This document shows positions 9,701 through 18,480 of a stretch of DNA of 64,000 bases, piece by piece. Below the pieces are notes generated by a model. That model saw nothing but the letters and a program-made list of their open reading frames with translations. It searched no databases and was not told the DNA's origin. Position 1 is the stretch's first letter. The number at the start of each line of letters is the position of its first letter. The position numbers were made by a program, and so were the translations under genes. Source of the stretch: Planctomycetota bacterium. GTDB taxonomy: Bacteria > Planctomycetota > UBA11346. The stretch is from positions 1-64,000 of the forward strand of contig JBBRLJ010000011.1 in the NCBI GenBank assembly GCA_038231435.1, read 5' to 3'.

Positions 9701-10649
9701 CGTGACCGCCATCATCGAAGGAGAGGATGCCAGCGGTAATGCCCCACTCGGAGGACGCCGCGCCGCAAATGGTCATGCCGGTAGTCTTGAACCCCGCCAA
9801 CGGCCCATACTGCTGGTCAACCCACGGCCATGCTGGTGGACCATTCCAAGCTGGCCACCCGCCCCGCGCCTGACCAGAAAAAAAACACGAACCATTGTAA
9901 GGGGCCCAGGGATTGGGGTAGAAATAATTATCCACGCCTTCGGCACCACCCGCACCCACCAGGCGCCGGGTTTCGCGGCCGAAGGACTGCATGGACAACC
10001 ATTCCGGCGGAAAGGGATAGATCTCGTACCACGGCAGGCTTTCAGCGGGATTGGAGCTCAGCGCGTTCTGCTGCGGCAGGCTGGTCACCGCGAAGACCAG
10101 CTTCTGCACTTCTGGTGCCGGTAGCACCTGCATGGTCTTGTCCATCGCCGCGCCCTGATTCAGGCCCATCATGAAGTTCGGATCCGGGTAGAGCAGCACC
10201 CCCCCTTGGTCGAGCAGGTTCTGGATCTCGTCGTTGTTGGAGTCGAGGCGGCGGGCGATCTCGGTGGGCACCGGCAGCACGCCGGTGAGCCATCCCGCCT
10301 GCTGCTCGAGGTTGGGCTGATACGGCGACGCTTGGATCAGCTCGTCGCGGATCTCGCCCGCCCAGCCGGTGTAGGGTAGCGCAGCGCGCACGGTGGTGTC
10401 GGTGCCCGGGGTGCCCGCGTAACTGGGAGCCAGGCGCGAGATGCCCTCGAACTTATCGACCGGGGTATGGAAATTGTTCATTAGCGTCATCGCGGCTGAC
10501 GACGCGAACATCTGGCTGCGCGACAATTGCTGGGCGCGGATGCCGACCGGCAACAACGCGATGGTCGAGATGATGGCGGTGGTGAGGACCAGGAGGCTGA
10601 TCATCACCTCGAAGAGGGTGAAACCGCTGGCGTTTCCGGCGCGTGCCAT
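6726..10649 (-). CDS. Giant GspI/PilV-position prepilin protein A3, 1307 aa
   Basis: ASG|FTLFEVMISLLVLTTAIISTIALLPVGIRAQQ (PilV/GspI-like start); W/P/G/Y-rich body; paralog of 34713-38045. Confidence 0.9.
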   Translation of the reverse strand: MARAGNASGFTLFEVMISLLVLTTAIISTIALLPVGIRAQQLSRSQMFASSAAMTLMNNFHTPVDKFEGISRLAPSYAGTPGTDTTVRAALPYTGWAGEIRDELIQASPYQPNLEQQAGWLTGVLPVPTEIARRLDSNNDEIQNLLDQGGVLLYPDPNFMMGLNQGAAMDKTMQVLPAPEVQKLVFAVTSLPQQNALSSNPAESLPWYEIYPFPPEWLSMQSFGRETRRLVGAGGAEGVDNYFYPNPWAPYNGSCFFSGQARGGWPAWNGPPAWPWVDQQYGPLAGFKTTGMTICGAASSEWGITAGILSFDDGGHGRYEPVRFSKPMRPGQEQDNYFPNNPIDHPDWDHDYLNYDVLNTGNSQYHGNGFWQGRNWRFFANKLGSSIWKDGTVSPTVPNCAWLAFQKLAGGNDALLTTQSRNGYSGIYHRSGWLPVRAMLTNPDFQSYQGLQNMQFWEMAGSYLWEPWAFPWRTSHPGPWNPGPGDGEYFSKHPSGPNCSIWTPDDLVNLTWKAGAPKTVMPPATYEMRANYRDRAIDLWQAVMPRFSTTPLDEMRKNGGALVDDGDGGTEVDCNKYEFAPTELDKFKFIHPKDLDPRDLPIHPAQVLALSYLAHAAMMVTGYSPPFAADVQQSSDKGRMDVMKVPWECLNWTYDVSLDLPGSVETSLWATQRGTALRKNYGAPGGGPLNFGQLASAPYSSNVDTRVLPATSGAAIPVGGVPPGLAAVPPITDPTIQDWERPFAWNHWVGGMWDNNWIQQWPISQPVPTQGITKDALVLAQNEAPGATLIHLKNDTNHSWVVYPGDEIVLQISYYQWWYRYGRPSIYTPKTGDSSNPNARSRCIQNYMWSHDDPKDEWDGRYDPDGPGAWWTWDPGPPGSKYPNLMYKCQTFHVKSVNGVGEGGPLPSAIPGGPANVMTIEITPPLPRYPLQYNDAREIVPDVDLDPVSLHKDTLVRRVANPRDMAFARKVYEMSLEWAAAYAAETPGDCGAPRPANRQIMMDKPLALYDLFYDAGTSSSDGQAVRRPQHPPTQDGSVAALDARRSESFYRWMVPNNPVPDAWFYPAPPTAGHRAMTHLGPGEDRQDFFEQMVYNNQLSPPTASNDNKRFWLTKAFEPFHRCRSLTFWSADWKSYEDAETAPSAPIDFAKHGRHLRHSTALNNYDFIAPWVEFGHSPLVGPPESLYMWTDPSRQQRYVDVVGGESAGYLYQNWVGALGKPRSGLNKQYPDWAVGGYPALPADVDTADADPTNGQPVTADVHLGHWGADRNGNGVLDLGPVPRSARMKAVRVADFEFYDPVLRLHSGN

Positions 10650-10650
10650 G

Positions 10651-11394
10651 TCAGAGTTCCTGGGAGGCGGTGAAGCCTGCATGGTAGAGCGAGAAGCTCG
10701 TGGCGTATCCGCGACGCGCAGGGGTGGCCTCGAAGTCCATCGTCTGCAACCGGATGACTGGACAGACCGAGATCGGCGTCGCGGCGACGCTCCAAACGCC
10801 CATGCTCGAGGGCGCGGCGATCAGGCCATGGTTGCTCGCCACATCGTTCGGCGTGATTGGCAGACCGGTGCCATATTGAGCATAGATCAGGATGCAATTG
10901 TCGGACGTGGTCGGGATCGGCGCCGGAGCCCCAACTGCCGGTGCCGGAACCGGGGTACCATCAGTGGACGGCGCGCTAGCGATCATCACGTTGCGGTTGA
11001 AGCGGTAGAGCGTGATCGGCGTGCCGCCGGCGCTGTAGGTCGACGCGTCGAGCGGGTCCTGGCCCTGCATCAACAGTTTCGCCGGACCGGTGCGCACATT
11101 GTCGAAGACGACGGCGACATACGCCTGCTGTCCGGCAGTCTGCTGGATCATGATGCCGAAATGCGGCGGGGTCGGGCCAGCCGGGGGGATCGCCAACATG
11201 GCCATCGCGCGCGCTTGCCGCCACGCGCCGGTGATGTCGTTGACCGCGGAATTGATCTTCCCGCGCCGCAGCGCCGGCATCATCGTGGGCACGGCAATGC
11301 CGAGCAGGATCATCATGATGCCGATCACGACCAGCAATTCGATGGCGGTGAAGCCGGAGCGGAGATGGGGATGAAGCTGACCCTTACTGGTCAT
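10651..11394 (-). CDS. GspH/FimT-like prepilin protein A2, 247 aa
   Basis: RSG|FTAIELLVVIGIMMILLGIAVP...AVNDITGAWRQARAMAM (FimT/GspH-type ARxxA helix); paralog of 33956-34687. Confidence 0.9.
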   Translation of the reverse strand: MTSKGQLHPHLRSGFTAIELLVVIGIMMILLGIAVPTMMPALRRGKINSAVNDITGAWRQARAMAMLAIPPAGPTPPHFGIMIQQTAGQQAYVAVVFDNVRTGPAKLLMQGQDPLDASTYSAGGTPITLYRFNRNVMIASAPSTDGTPVPAPAVGAPAPIPTTSDNCILIYAQYGTGLPITPNDVASNHGLIAAPSSMGVWSVAATPISVCPVIRLQTMDFEATPARRGYATSFSLYHAGFTASQEL

Positions 11395-11929
11395 TGTTCT
11401 TCCAGCTGCAGATGTCATCGGCAGGTGACCCTGGTGGCGTCAGCACCGCATCCCGCCCCTCGGACCAGATGCCGAAATCGCTCGATCCGTAGGTGTGCGC
11501 GGCCCACGCGATGTGCAGCGGCTTGCTCCAGCGATCCTTCAATTGTCCCGCCGAGGTCAGGCCGGTCTTGCTGGGGACATTGAAGCCCGTCATGTACACC
11601 AGGCCGAGGTACCAGTCCGGCGAGCGCAGGGTGACCAGCGGATACTGAGGGTGGGTGGTAGCATACATCCGCGGATCGCCATCGATCTCGCTCGGGTTGG
11701 TGATGTCCTGGAACAACGCCCACGCGTGCCGGATGACGCCGTCCTTGCAGGTCACGGTCTTGATCTGGTAGGATTCGATGGCCGCGGCGACCGTGCTCAC
11801 CAGCTGCGTGGTGGCGCTGATGTCGGCCTTGTTCTTGATGCTCACCAACACCGGGTAGGACATCCCGGCGAGCGCGGTGATGACAGCGACGACGACGAGC
11901 ATCTCGATGAGGGTGAAGGCGTAACGCAT
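11384..11929 (-). CDS. GspG-like major pseudopilin A1, 181 aa
   Basis: GGAGG RBS; MRYA|FTLIEMLVVVAVI; C-terminal DRWSKP...SEGRD...DDICSW matches the GspG pattern. It is the 3' part of track ORF 11384..13114. Confidence 0.88.
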   Translation of the reverse strand: MRYAFTLIEMLVVVAVITALAGMSYPVLVSIKNKADISATTQLVSTVAAAIESYQIKTVTCKDGVIRHAWALFQDITNPSEIDGDPRMYATTHPQYPLVTLRSPDWYLGLVYMTGFNVPSKTGLTSAGQLKDRWSKPLHIAWAAHTYGSSDFGIWSEGRDAVLTPPGSPADDICSWKNNDQ

Positions 11930-12301
11930 CGATGCTCCTCCGGACCGCTCGGTCGGGTCATGCTGAGACGGCGGCGCTCGTCGACAACCGGACAAGCGTG
12001 ATCGTAAGCCGTAGCGCCAGCAATAGTCTGGGGCCAAAATGCCCATCCCTGCTAGGTCGTCGACACGAGCCGATTCGGGGCGTGTGCGACACGCCGGCTC
12101 TCCAGGGCTGTCCAATCGTTCCGACTGTCGACAATGCGCGCCGCAGCCGGTGGACCGTTGGGCTGGTTCAGGGTAGTTCTGCGGCACTTGTACGACGCGG
12201 ATTTCCCCTTCGGTCCGGATCCCGCCGCAGGTGACGTCGGTCCTCTGGTCAATCCGATCACCTCCATACAGTCCCGCGGCACGGCCTCGTGAAGGAACCT
12301 C

Positions 12302-14731
12302 ATGTCCCGCCCAACCATAGCCGTCGTCGCCATCGCCGTCGTCGCCATCGCCGCGTGCTCGGCCGCGGTCATGCTTTTCCACAAACCCGCGGGCTGGGTC
12401 GCGGACTCCGTGCATGTCGGACCAACTCCACATGCACCGGCGAAGCCCTCGATACCTTCGTCGCCATCGCCGATGCCCCAGGCCACGGCCGACCAGATCA
12501 TCGCGGATCGCGACCGTCTCGATCAGACCGTCTGGTCCAAGGAGGTGAAGGCGCAGGAATACGAGGAATCGTTCGTCGCGCTGTGGGACGCGATGCGAGC
12601 CAAGAAGGTGGACCAGCACTCCCTGCTCTCCTCGTTCCCGTTCGATGAGTTGACCATCCGGGATTTCGGCCCACCGAAACGCCATCCTTGGGGCATCGAC
12701 GTGTCGACCATGGCAGGGGAATCGCGGCATCTCGATCACGATGGCTGGAGAAACCTCGTCTCCGCCGTGGCGGAGCGCGGCTATCGCATCGAGCACTGCG
12801 AATTCCACCATGCCGCATTCGACCTCGAGCCCAACGGCAGCGCGCGCTCGAAGATGACGATGAAGCTGTTCATGGTGCAGCCGGCGATGAAGGTCCGGAT
12901 GGTGCTCTCCGGTGCCATCTCGGTCGATTGGACCCGTGAACTGGACGAATTCCGACACCATGTCGCCGGAGCGATCCACGCGACCGACATGAGCCTGACT
13001 GCCCGGACCGGCGACGACGCCTTTGCCGAGGCCGCGCGGATCTCGCCATCCGATCTCGGGTTCGCCAGCATCCCAGGCGACATGGATCCGATCCTGGTCT
13101 ACGACATCGACCATGACGGCCGCGACGACATCCTGATCCCCTCCCTCAACCGCGTGCTCCGCAATCGCTCGAGTCCGGGCACGATCTCGTTCGCTGCTGA
13201 ACCCCTGTTCGCCAGGCCGGTATCGGATCGGCCGGGCGTCCCCGGAGCCATCATCTCGGCAGGCTTAGTCGCGGATCTCACGGGCGATGGCAACGCGGAC
13301 GTTCTAGTGTGCGGGATCGACCTCGCGCCGACCCTGTTCATCGGCGACGCCGCTGGCCATTTCCCGGACGCCGGGAAGCCGATCGCCGGACTCGCCGGCG
13401 CACGCTGGGAATTGCCGATGTCGGTGACAGCCGGGGATGTCGACGGTGATGGACTCATGGACCTGTGGATCGGCCAATACCGCCCGCCGTACCAGAAAGG
13501 GAACCTGCCCTACCCGTACTGGGACGCGAAGGATGGCCCGCCGTCGTTCCTGCTGATGAACAACGGAAATGGCGTCTTTCGCGACGCCACCGAGTCCTCG
13601 GGGTTGTCGAACAAGCGTACCCGCCGCAACTACAGCGCCTCGATGATCGATCTCGATGGTGACGGCGATCTCGATCTCGTGACTATCAACGACTTTTCAG
13701 GCGTCGACGTGTTCCTGGGCGATGGCCATGGTTCGTTCACGGATGCCAGCGACACGCTCGTCGATGAGCGCAGCACCTTCGGTATGGCCCACGCGATCGC
13801 GGACTTCGACGGCGATGGACGGATCGACATCTTCGTGGCTGGGATGGGCTCCACCACGGCGCGACGGCTCGAGTACATGAAATTGGGCAGGGAGGAATTC
13901 CCGGATCAACAGAAGATGCGCATGAAGATGGGCTACGGAAATCGCATGCTCCTCGGTACGGCCGCGCACGGGTATCGGCAGGCACCCTTCAACGATCAGA
14001 TCGCCCGTACTGGATGGTCCTGGGGATGCACGGCGTTCGACGTGGCCAACGACGGCAACATGAGCATCTACGTGGCGAATGGCCAGCGCAGCGCGCGCAC
14101 TGCCAAGGATTATTGCAGTCGTTACTGGACCCAGGACATCTATACCGCCGCGCCTGAACGGAACGATGAACTCCTCAAGGTGTTCAAGACCGAGCAGGGC
14201 CGCGACCAGGGCGTATCCTGGAACGGATTCGAGCACAAGGCGCTGCTGATGAATGAAGGCGGGAAAGCGTTCCGCGACGTCGCGTATCCCATGGCACTTG
14301 GCTTCGAATGGGATGGCCGTTCGGTGGTGAGCTGCGATTTCGACGGCGATGGCCTCATGGATCTCCTGGTGGTGGACGTCGACATGGTTCCCGTGGATGG
14401 ACAGCCCAGGACTGAAACCGTGCGCATCTATCGTAACGGCATGCCGAGCACCAACCATTGGATCGGCGTCCGTCTCCAGGATGAACCAGGACACGCGCCG
14501 ATGGGAGCGGTGATCAGCGTCGAGGCAGGCGGGCGGACGTACATCGGGGTCATTGTCAGCGGCGACTCCTATCGGTGCCAGCATCCCCTGTGTAAGCACT
14601 TCGGCCTGGGGGCGGTGGACACGGTGGCCACCCTCGAGGTCGCTTGGGCCGACGGGACGAAGACGATGATCAAGGCTCCTGCCATCGACCATGAAGTGCT
14701 GGTGCGGCCACCAGCCACGCCGATTCACTGA
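12302..14731 (+). CDS. CRTAC1-like FG-GAP repeat / ASPIC-UnbV protein, 809 aa
   Basis: N-terminal hydrophobic anchor; repeated DxDGDGxxD motifs; GWSWG; C-terminal GDSYRCQ...HFGLG...VAWADG (UnbV). Confidence 0.9.
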   Translation: MSRPTIAVVAIAVVAIAACSAAVMLFHKPAGWVADSVHVGPTPHAPAKPSIPSSPSPMPQATADQIIADRDRLDQTVWSKEVKAQEYEESFVALWDAMRAKKVDQHSLLSSFPFDELTIRDFGPPKRHPWGIDVSTMAGESRHLDHDGWRNLVSAVAERGYRIEHCEFHHAAFDLEPNGSARSKMTMKLFMVQPAMKVRMVLSGAISVDWTRELDEFRHHVAGAIHATDMSLTARTGDDAFAEAARISPSDLGFASIPGDMDPILVYDIDHDGRDDILIPSLNRVLRNRSSPGTISFAAEPLFARPVSDRPGVPGAIISAGLVADLTGDGNADVLVCGIDLAPTLFIGDAAGHFPDAGKPIAGLAGARWELPMSVTAGDVDGDGLMDLWIGQYRPPYQKGNLPYPYWDAKDGPPSFLLMNNGNGVFRDATESSGLSNKRTRRNYSASMIDLDGDGDLDLVTINDFSGVDVFLGDGHGSFTDASDTLVDERSTFGMAHAIADFDGDGRIDIFVAGMGSTTARRLEYMKLGREEFPDQQKMRMKMGYGNRMLLGTAAHGYRQAPFNDQIARTGWSWGCTAFDVANDGNMSIYVANGQRSARTAKDYCSRYWTQDIYTAAPERNDELLKVFKTEQGRDQGVSWNGFEHKALLMNEGGKAFRDVAYPMALGFEWDGRSVVSCDFDGDGLMDLLVVDVDMVPVDGQPRTETVRIYRNGMPSTNHWIGVRLQDEPGHAPMGAVISVEAGGRTYIGVIVSGDSYRCQHPLCKHFGLGAVDTVATLEVAWADGTKTMIKAPAIDHEVLVRPPATPIH

Positions 14732-14959
14732 AACAGGGGTCGGTTTGGCCCCATGTGGGACTGGGGATTCCCCGGAACCAACGTCGATGCGAGTAGCGGA
14801 ACGTTCGACTATCAATCCGCCGCGCCTTGCTAGGATGCCGCCTCGCTTGGCTGCCCTGTCGGCACCGAGTGTTTCCGACGTCCAGCGGTCCAGCCGATGT
14901 GCGTCTTACTCGACGCCATCCGGCGTCCTCGGACGCTGAGCGTCCATTCGAGGTATTCT

Positions 14960-15301
14960 GTGGAACTGTACGTAGGCAATCTCCCCTGGTCGATGACCGA
15001 CGAGGAACTCTCCTCCCTCTTCTCCACCCATGGCACCGTCGAACGCGCCAAGGTTGTGATGGATCGCGACACCGGCCGTAGCCGTGGTTTCGGCTTCATC
15101 ACCATGCCGAACGACGCTGAAGGCCAGGCGGCGATCACGTCGCTCAACGGCTCGCAGCAGGGTGGACGCGCCATGAACGTCCGCGCGGCCGAGCCGCGCA
15201 CGTCGAACGGCCCCCGCCAGGGCGGCGGCGGCGGCGGCGGTGGTGGTTACGGCGGCGGCGCCGGCGGCGGCGGCGGTGGTCGCGATCGCGATCGTCGCTG
15301 A
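14960..15301 (+). CDS. RRM (RNP-1) RNA-binding protein with Gly-rich tail
   Basis: LYVGNL (RNP2), RGFGFI (RNP1), poly-Gly C-terminus; GTG start after GAGG. Confidence 0.93.
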   Translation: MELYVGNLPWSMTDEELSSLFSTHGTVERAKVVMDRDTGRSRGFGFITMPNDAEGQAAITSLNGSQQGGRAMNVRAAEPRTSNGPRQGGGGGGGGGYGGGAGGGGGGRDRDRR

Positions 15302-15366
15302 TCGAAGCTGCTCATCGAAGCTGAAGTAGCTGAAAAGACGCCCTGCGCTTAGCCGGGCACGCTCTG

Positions 15367-15396
15367 CCAGGCCTCCTCACGGGGGCCTGGTTTTTT
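15367..15396 (+). terminator. Intrinsic terminator
   Basis: CCAGGCCTCC-TCAC-GGGGGCCTGG followed by TTTTTT. Confidence 0.85.
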
Positions 15397-15487
15397 CTTG
15401 GTACCTCTCAATGACGACGGTTGGCTACGCTTGTCTGTCAGCGTCAGATGGTAGAGTACCGTGCGCCCGCCCAGGATCCGCACCCTC

Positions 15488-15727
15488 ATGAACAACCACG
15501 GCGTGTTCCACCCCAGTATCGACGCGCTCGTCGCGAAGATCCAGGACGACACGCGGGACCGCTCCCCGACCGAGACCGAAGAGCTCCGCGACGTCTGCCG
15601 CAAGAAGCTGCGCTCGTACGCGCTCGAAGCGTACGTGAAGCGCTACTCGACTCCCGCCGAGCAGCTCGCGGCCACCGAGCGCTGGGAAACGGTGAACGCC
15701 TTCGCCCACCGCCACGGACGAGTGTGA
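15488..15727 (+). CDS. Small hypothetical protein, 79 aa
   Basis: Protein-like helical composition, GC-rich third codon positions, followed by a terminator-like hairpin. Confidence 0.6.
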   Translation: MNNHGVFHPSIDALVAKIQDDTRDRSPTETEELRDVCRKKLRSYALEAYVKRYSTPAEQLAATERWETVNAFAHRHGRV

Positions 15728-15789
15728 CCGCTCGGAGTCCGACCGGCTGGCCACCCCATCCAGACCGCCAGCCTCGCGCGCGCCACTAG

Positions 15790-15812
15790 ACCACGGCACG
15801 GCCGTGGTTTTT
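15790..15812 (+). terminator. Probable intrinsic terminator
   Basis: ACCACGGC-ACG-GCCGTGGT followed by TTTT. Confidence 0.55.
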
Positions 15813-15847
15813 CCGTGGTCAGGCAGGAAAAATCGGACAATTCACAT

Positions 15848-15923
15848 TGGTAGCGCTGGGGGGAATCGAACCCTCGACCTAAGGCTTATGAAGCCTCCGC
15901 TCTAACCGCTGAGCTACAGCGCC
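15848..15923 (-). tRNA. tRNA-Met(CAT), probably elongator
   Basis: GGCGCTGTAGCTCAGCGGTTAGAGCGGAGGCTTCATAAGCCTTAGGTCGAGGGTTCGATTCCCCCCAGCGCTACCA: 76-nt cloverleaf, CAT anticodon, encoded CCA. Lacks the initiator GGG:CCC anticodon stem; Ile2 cannot be fully excluded. Confidence 0.93.
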
Positions 15924-15979
15924 GTGCAACGATCGCAAAGCGCGGGGACGATATGGCCTCTGGGGCGACGGGCAAGCCG

Positions 15980-17173
15980 TCACGGCTCCGTGGTGGATTC
16001 GGGCGTAGCGCCCACGGGCTCTGGCGTGGGCGCAATTCCGGGAGCGTCGCCATCGGACGGCGGCTCGGCGGCATGGCGTTCGGCCAGGAAGGCGACGAAG
16101 CTCCCTTCGAGGTCCGCCACGCGGCCGATGACGGCCTCGACGGCGCAGGCCTCCTCGAGTTCGCGCAGGAAGCGCTGCTCGTCGCTCTCGACCACCTCCT
16201 CGGCGACTTCGTCCTGGTCCGTGCCGGCCTCGTCGGCCCCGGGTTGCCCGGCGGCCGAGGCATGCCAGGTCGCGAGCGGTGGGCGGCGCCGGCGATGGCG
16301 CGGCTCTTCGTTGTCACCCGCGGCCGGCGTCGGCGAATCCGAGATGGCGACCGGGTCGTGGTAGCGCAGGAATACCTCGCCGAACTGCTCGTGCTGCAGC
16401 GCCTCGATGAAGCGCTGACGAGCGCATTCGAGCGTCGCCATGAGGATGCCGACGCGGCCGACGCGATTCGGTTCGGCGGCGAACAGCCAGCTCAGCCGCG
16501 CCTCGCCGGAAGCACGAAGATTCTCGATCAGGCTGGTGATGCGGCCCTCGATGGGCTGGTCGTCGTTGATGACAGTGCGCGGCCCCAAGCCGTTGATGCG
16601 GATCAGCACGGATTCCCAGAGCGACCACAACGCTCCGGGATCGCAATTCTCGAGCGACATGCCCTCGAGTTCGTCAGGATCGTCAGGGATCAGCTCGCGC
16701 AGCTGGCGCGCGCAGCGCTGGGTCTGCGCCTGCTCTGCCGCGGTCAGCCACTGCGTCGCCTCTTTGCAGCGCTGGTAGGCGAGCAGCTGCCGGATCAGGC
16801 CCGAGCGCGGATCCAGCGCGTCCATGTCGTCCTCGGCCTGCTCTCCTTCCGGCGCTTCCGGCGGTGGCGCGACCATGCGGCTCTTGATCTCGAGCAGCGT
16901 CGCCGCCATGAGGATGAAATCCCCAGCCATCTCGAGATCCATGTCCGCCCACGACGACACCGCCGCGACGAACTGGTCAGTGATATCAGCGATGGAGATC
17001 TCGGCGATGTCGACTTCGGCGCGCCGCACCAGGTAGAGCAACAGATCGAGCGGACCGGCAAAGCTGTCGAGGCTGACCTGGTGAGTGAGGTCGACCTCGC
17101 CGGCCGCATTCATCGCGCTCGGGGCGATAGCCACCGACTCGACGATCTCGCCCTCGTGATCAGCGCCAGCCAT
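15980..17173 (-). CDS. scpA: Segregation and condensation protein A (kleisin) with acidic C-terminal extension
   Basis: FAGPLDLLLYLVRRAEVDI...AGDFILMAATLLEIKSRM; ATLECAR...QHEQFGEV. Confidence 0.9.
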   Translation of the reverse strand: MAGADHEGEIVESVAIAPSAMNAAGEVDLTHQVSLDSFAGPLDLLLYLVRRAEVDIAEISIADITDQFVAAVSSWADMDLEMAGDFILMAATLLEIKSRMVAPPPEAPEGEQAEDDMDALDPRSGLIRQLLAYQRCKEATQWLTAAEQAQTQRCARQLRELIPDDPDELEGMSLENCDPGALWSLWESVLIRINGLGPRTVINDDQPIEGRITSLIENLRASGEARLSWLFAAEPNRVGRVGILMATLECARQRFIEALQHEQFGEVFLRYHDPVAISDSPTPAAGDNEEPRHRRRRPPLATWHASAAGQPGADEAGTDQDEVAEEVVESDEQRFLRELEEACAVEAVIGRVADLEGSFVAFLAERHAAEPPSDGDAPGIAPTPEPVGATPESTTEP

Positions 17174-17247
17174 GCCCGCAGCCTAACTACCAGAGGGCAA
17201 AACGAAACCACAGCAGGGACGGCGGGATCGTCCGTGGGGCCATGAGC

Positions 17248-18108
17248 TCAATGCGCGGGCGCGCCCGACGTCATGTCGCGGATGGCGGCGTGGACGGCCT
17301 CGATCACATCCTGCGGGGTGCTGGTCCCGGCGGTGATGCCGACATGGGTCTTAGCCACGAACCAGGCGGGGTCGAGATCCTCGGCGCGTTCGATGTGGTG
17401 GGCTTCGATGCCGCGGTCACGCACCAGCTCCATCAATTTCCGGGTATTCGCGCTGTTCGCTCCGCCAATGACGATGCCCAAGTCGATGTCACCCGCCAGC
17501 AGGTCTTGAATCGCCTGCTGGCGTTCCTTCACCGGTTCGCAGATGGTGTCGATGAAACGCACGTCGACCACCCACGGCAGCGCGCGGATGGCGGCGACGA
17601 TCTTCTGGACTTTTTCGAGGCGATTGGTGGTTTGGCTCACCACGCCGACCCGCGGGTGGCCGGCGAGCATCGCGAGATCGTGCTCGTCGTTGACCACTGC
17701 GGCGTGGGTCAGGTTCCCGACCACGCCACGGACCTCGACATGGCTCGCCTCACCCACGATGACGGTGAAGTACCCTTGGCGTTCGAGGAAGCGTGCCAGC
17801 TTGTGCAGGCGGATGACGAGCGGGCACGTGGCGTCGTAGACCACGAAGCCGCGGGCCTTGAGATCCTGCTTGGTGGTGTCCGAGGCTCCATGCGCGGTGA
17901 TCATCACGGACTCTGTGGTGATCGAATCGATCTGGTCACGCTCGACTATGCGAACGCCATTGGCGCGCAGGCGCTCCATGGTCTGCGGATTGTGCACAAG
18001 CTGTCCAACCACGGTCAGCTTGTCCCTGAATTCGGGCTGCAACGCCATGTCGATGGCATCTTGCACACCAAAGCACGTACCCATGGCCTGGGCCAAGGTG
18101 ATGCGCAC
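17248..18108 (-). CDS. ispH: 4-hydroxy-3-methylbut-2-enyl diphosphate reductase
   Basis: GTCFGV, LVHN, AHG, DATCPLV, HVEV, QTT, DTIC, SANT, GITAGTSTP; GTG start after GGGGAG. Confidence 0.95.
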   Translation of the reverse strand: MRITLAQAMGTCFGVQDAIDMALQPEFRDKLTVVGQLVHNPQTMERLRANGVRIVERDQIDSITTESVMITAHGASDTTKQDLKARGFVVYDATCPLVIRLHKLARFLERQGYFTVIVGEASHVEVRGVVGNLTHAAVVNDEHDLAMLAGHPRVGVVSQTTNRLEKVQKIVAAIRALPWVVDVRFIDTICEPVKERQQAIQDLLAGDIDLGIVIGGANSANTRKLMELVRDRGIEAHHIERAEDLDPAWFVAKTHVGITAGTSTPQDVIEAVHAAIRDMTSGAPAH

Positions 18109-18277
18109 GAGAACTCCCCGCCCGCGGGCGAACCCGCATGCTAGCCTGGGACGGTGGCATGGGAACGGATATGCGGATAAAAGCAGCGAATCTTCCATCC
18201 TGCGCGACAGTCCGGCAGGCGTCTCGCAGAGTACGCGTATGGATGGAAAGGGCTCGCGGCCTCGCTATAAGAGTCAT

Positions 18278-18430
18278 GCTTCTGCTGTGTTCGAGGTCCG
18301 GCCGCAGCCCCTGGCCTTTCTTCGCTAATGGGGACCTGATACTCCCATTCGGGCCATGCCCATATGGGGAGGTTCCCACCTGAACATCTAGGTTCAGGGC
18401 ACGCCGCTGGACACGGCACGAGTGGAGGCT
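18278..18430 (+). ncRNA. ssrS: Probable 6S RNA
   Basis: Terminal stem GCTTCTGC/GTGGAGGC; 5' TGTTCG...GGCC...CCCCTG and 3' CACCTGAAC...GGTTCAGGG...CGGCA resemble the 6S consensus; TATAAG -10-like box at 18266; strong terminator downstream. Confidence 0.72.
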
Positions 18431-18437
18431 TTTTACA

Positions 18438-18479
18438 AAAAAGACGAAGCCGGCCCGAGAGGGCCGGCTTCGTCTTTTT
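18438..18479. terminator. Bidirectional intrinsic terminator
   Basis: AAAAAGACGAAGCCGGCCC-GAGA-GGGCCGGCTTCGTCTTTTT, a perfect stem. Confidence 0.9.
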
Positions 18480-18480
18480 A

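Noticed and set aside
11930..13114. N-terminal 395 aa of track ORF 11384..13114
   Set aside because: Mostly antisense to the FG-GAP gene; the real gene starts at 11929 after a GGAGG RBS with a prepilin motif
15221..15280. GGC microsatellite
   Set aside because: Encodes the normal Gly-rich tail of the RRM protein
15848..15923. tRNA-anchored integrative island
   Set aside because: No integrase and no duplicated tRNA 3' end found in the window
17190..17230. GGCAAAAC-GAAA...GGGACG resembling a c-di-GMP-I riboswitch
   Set aside because: The stems do not pair, and it is antisense to the ispH-scpA transcript
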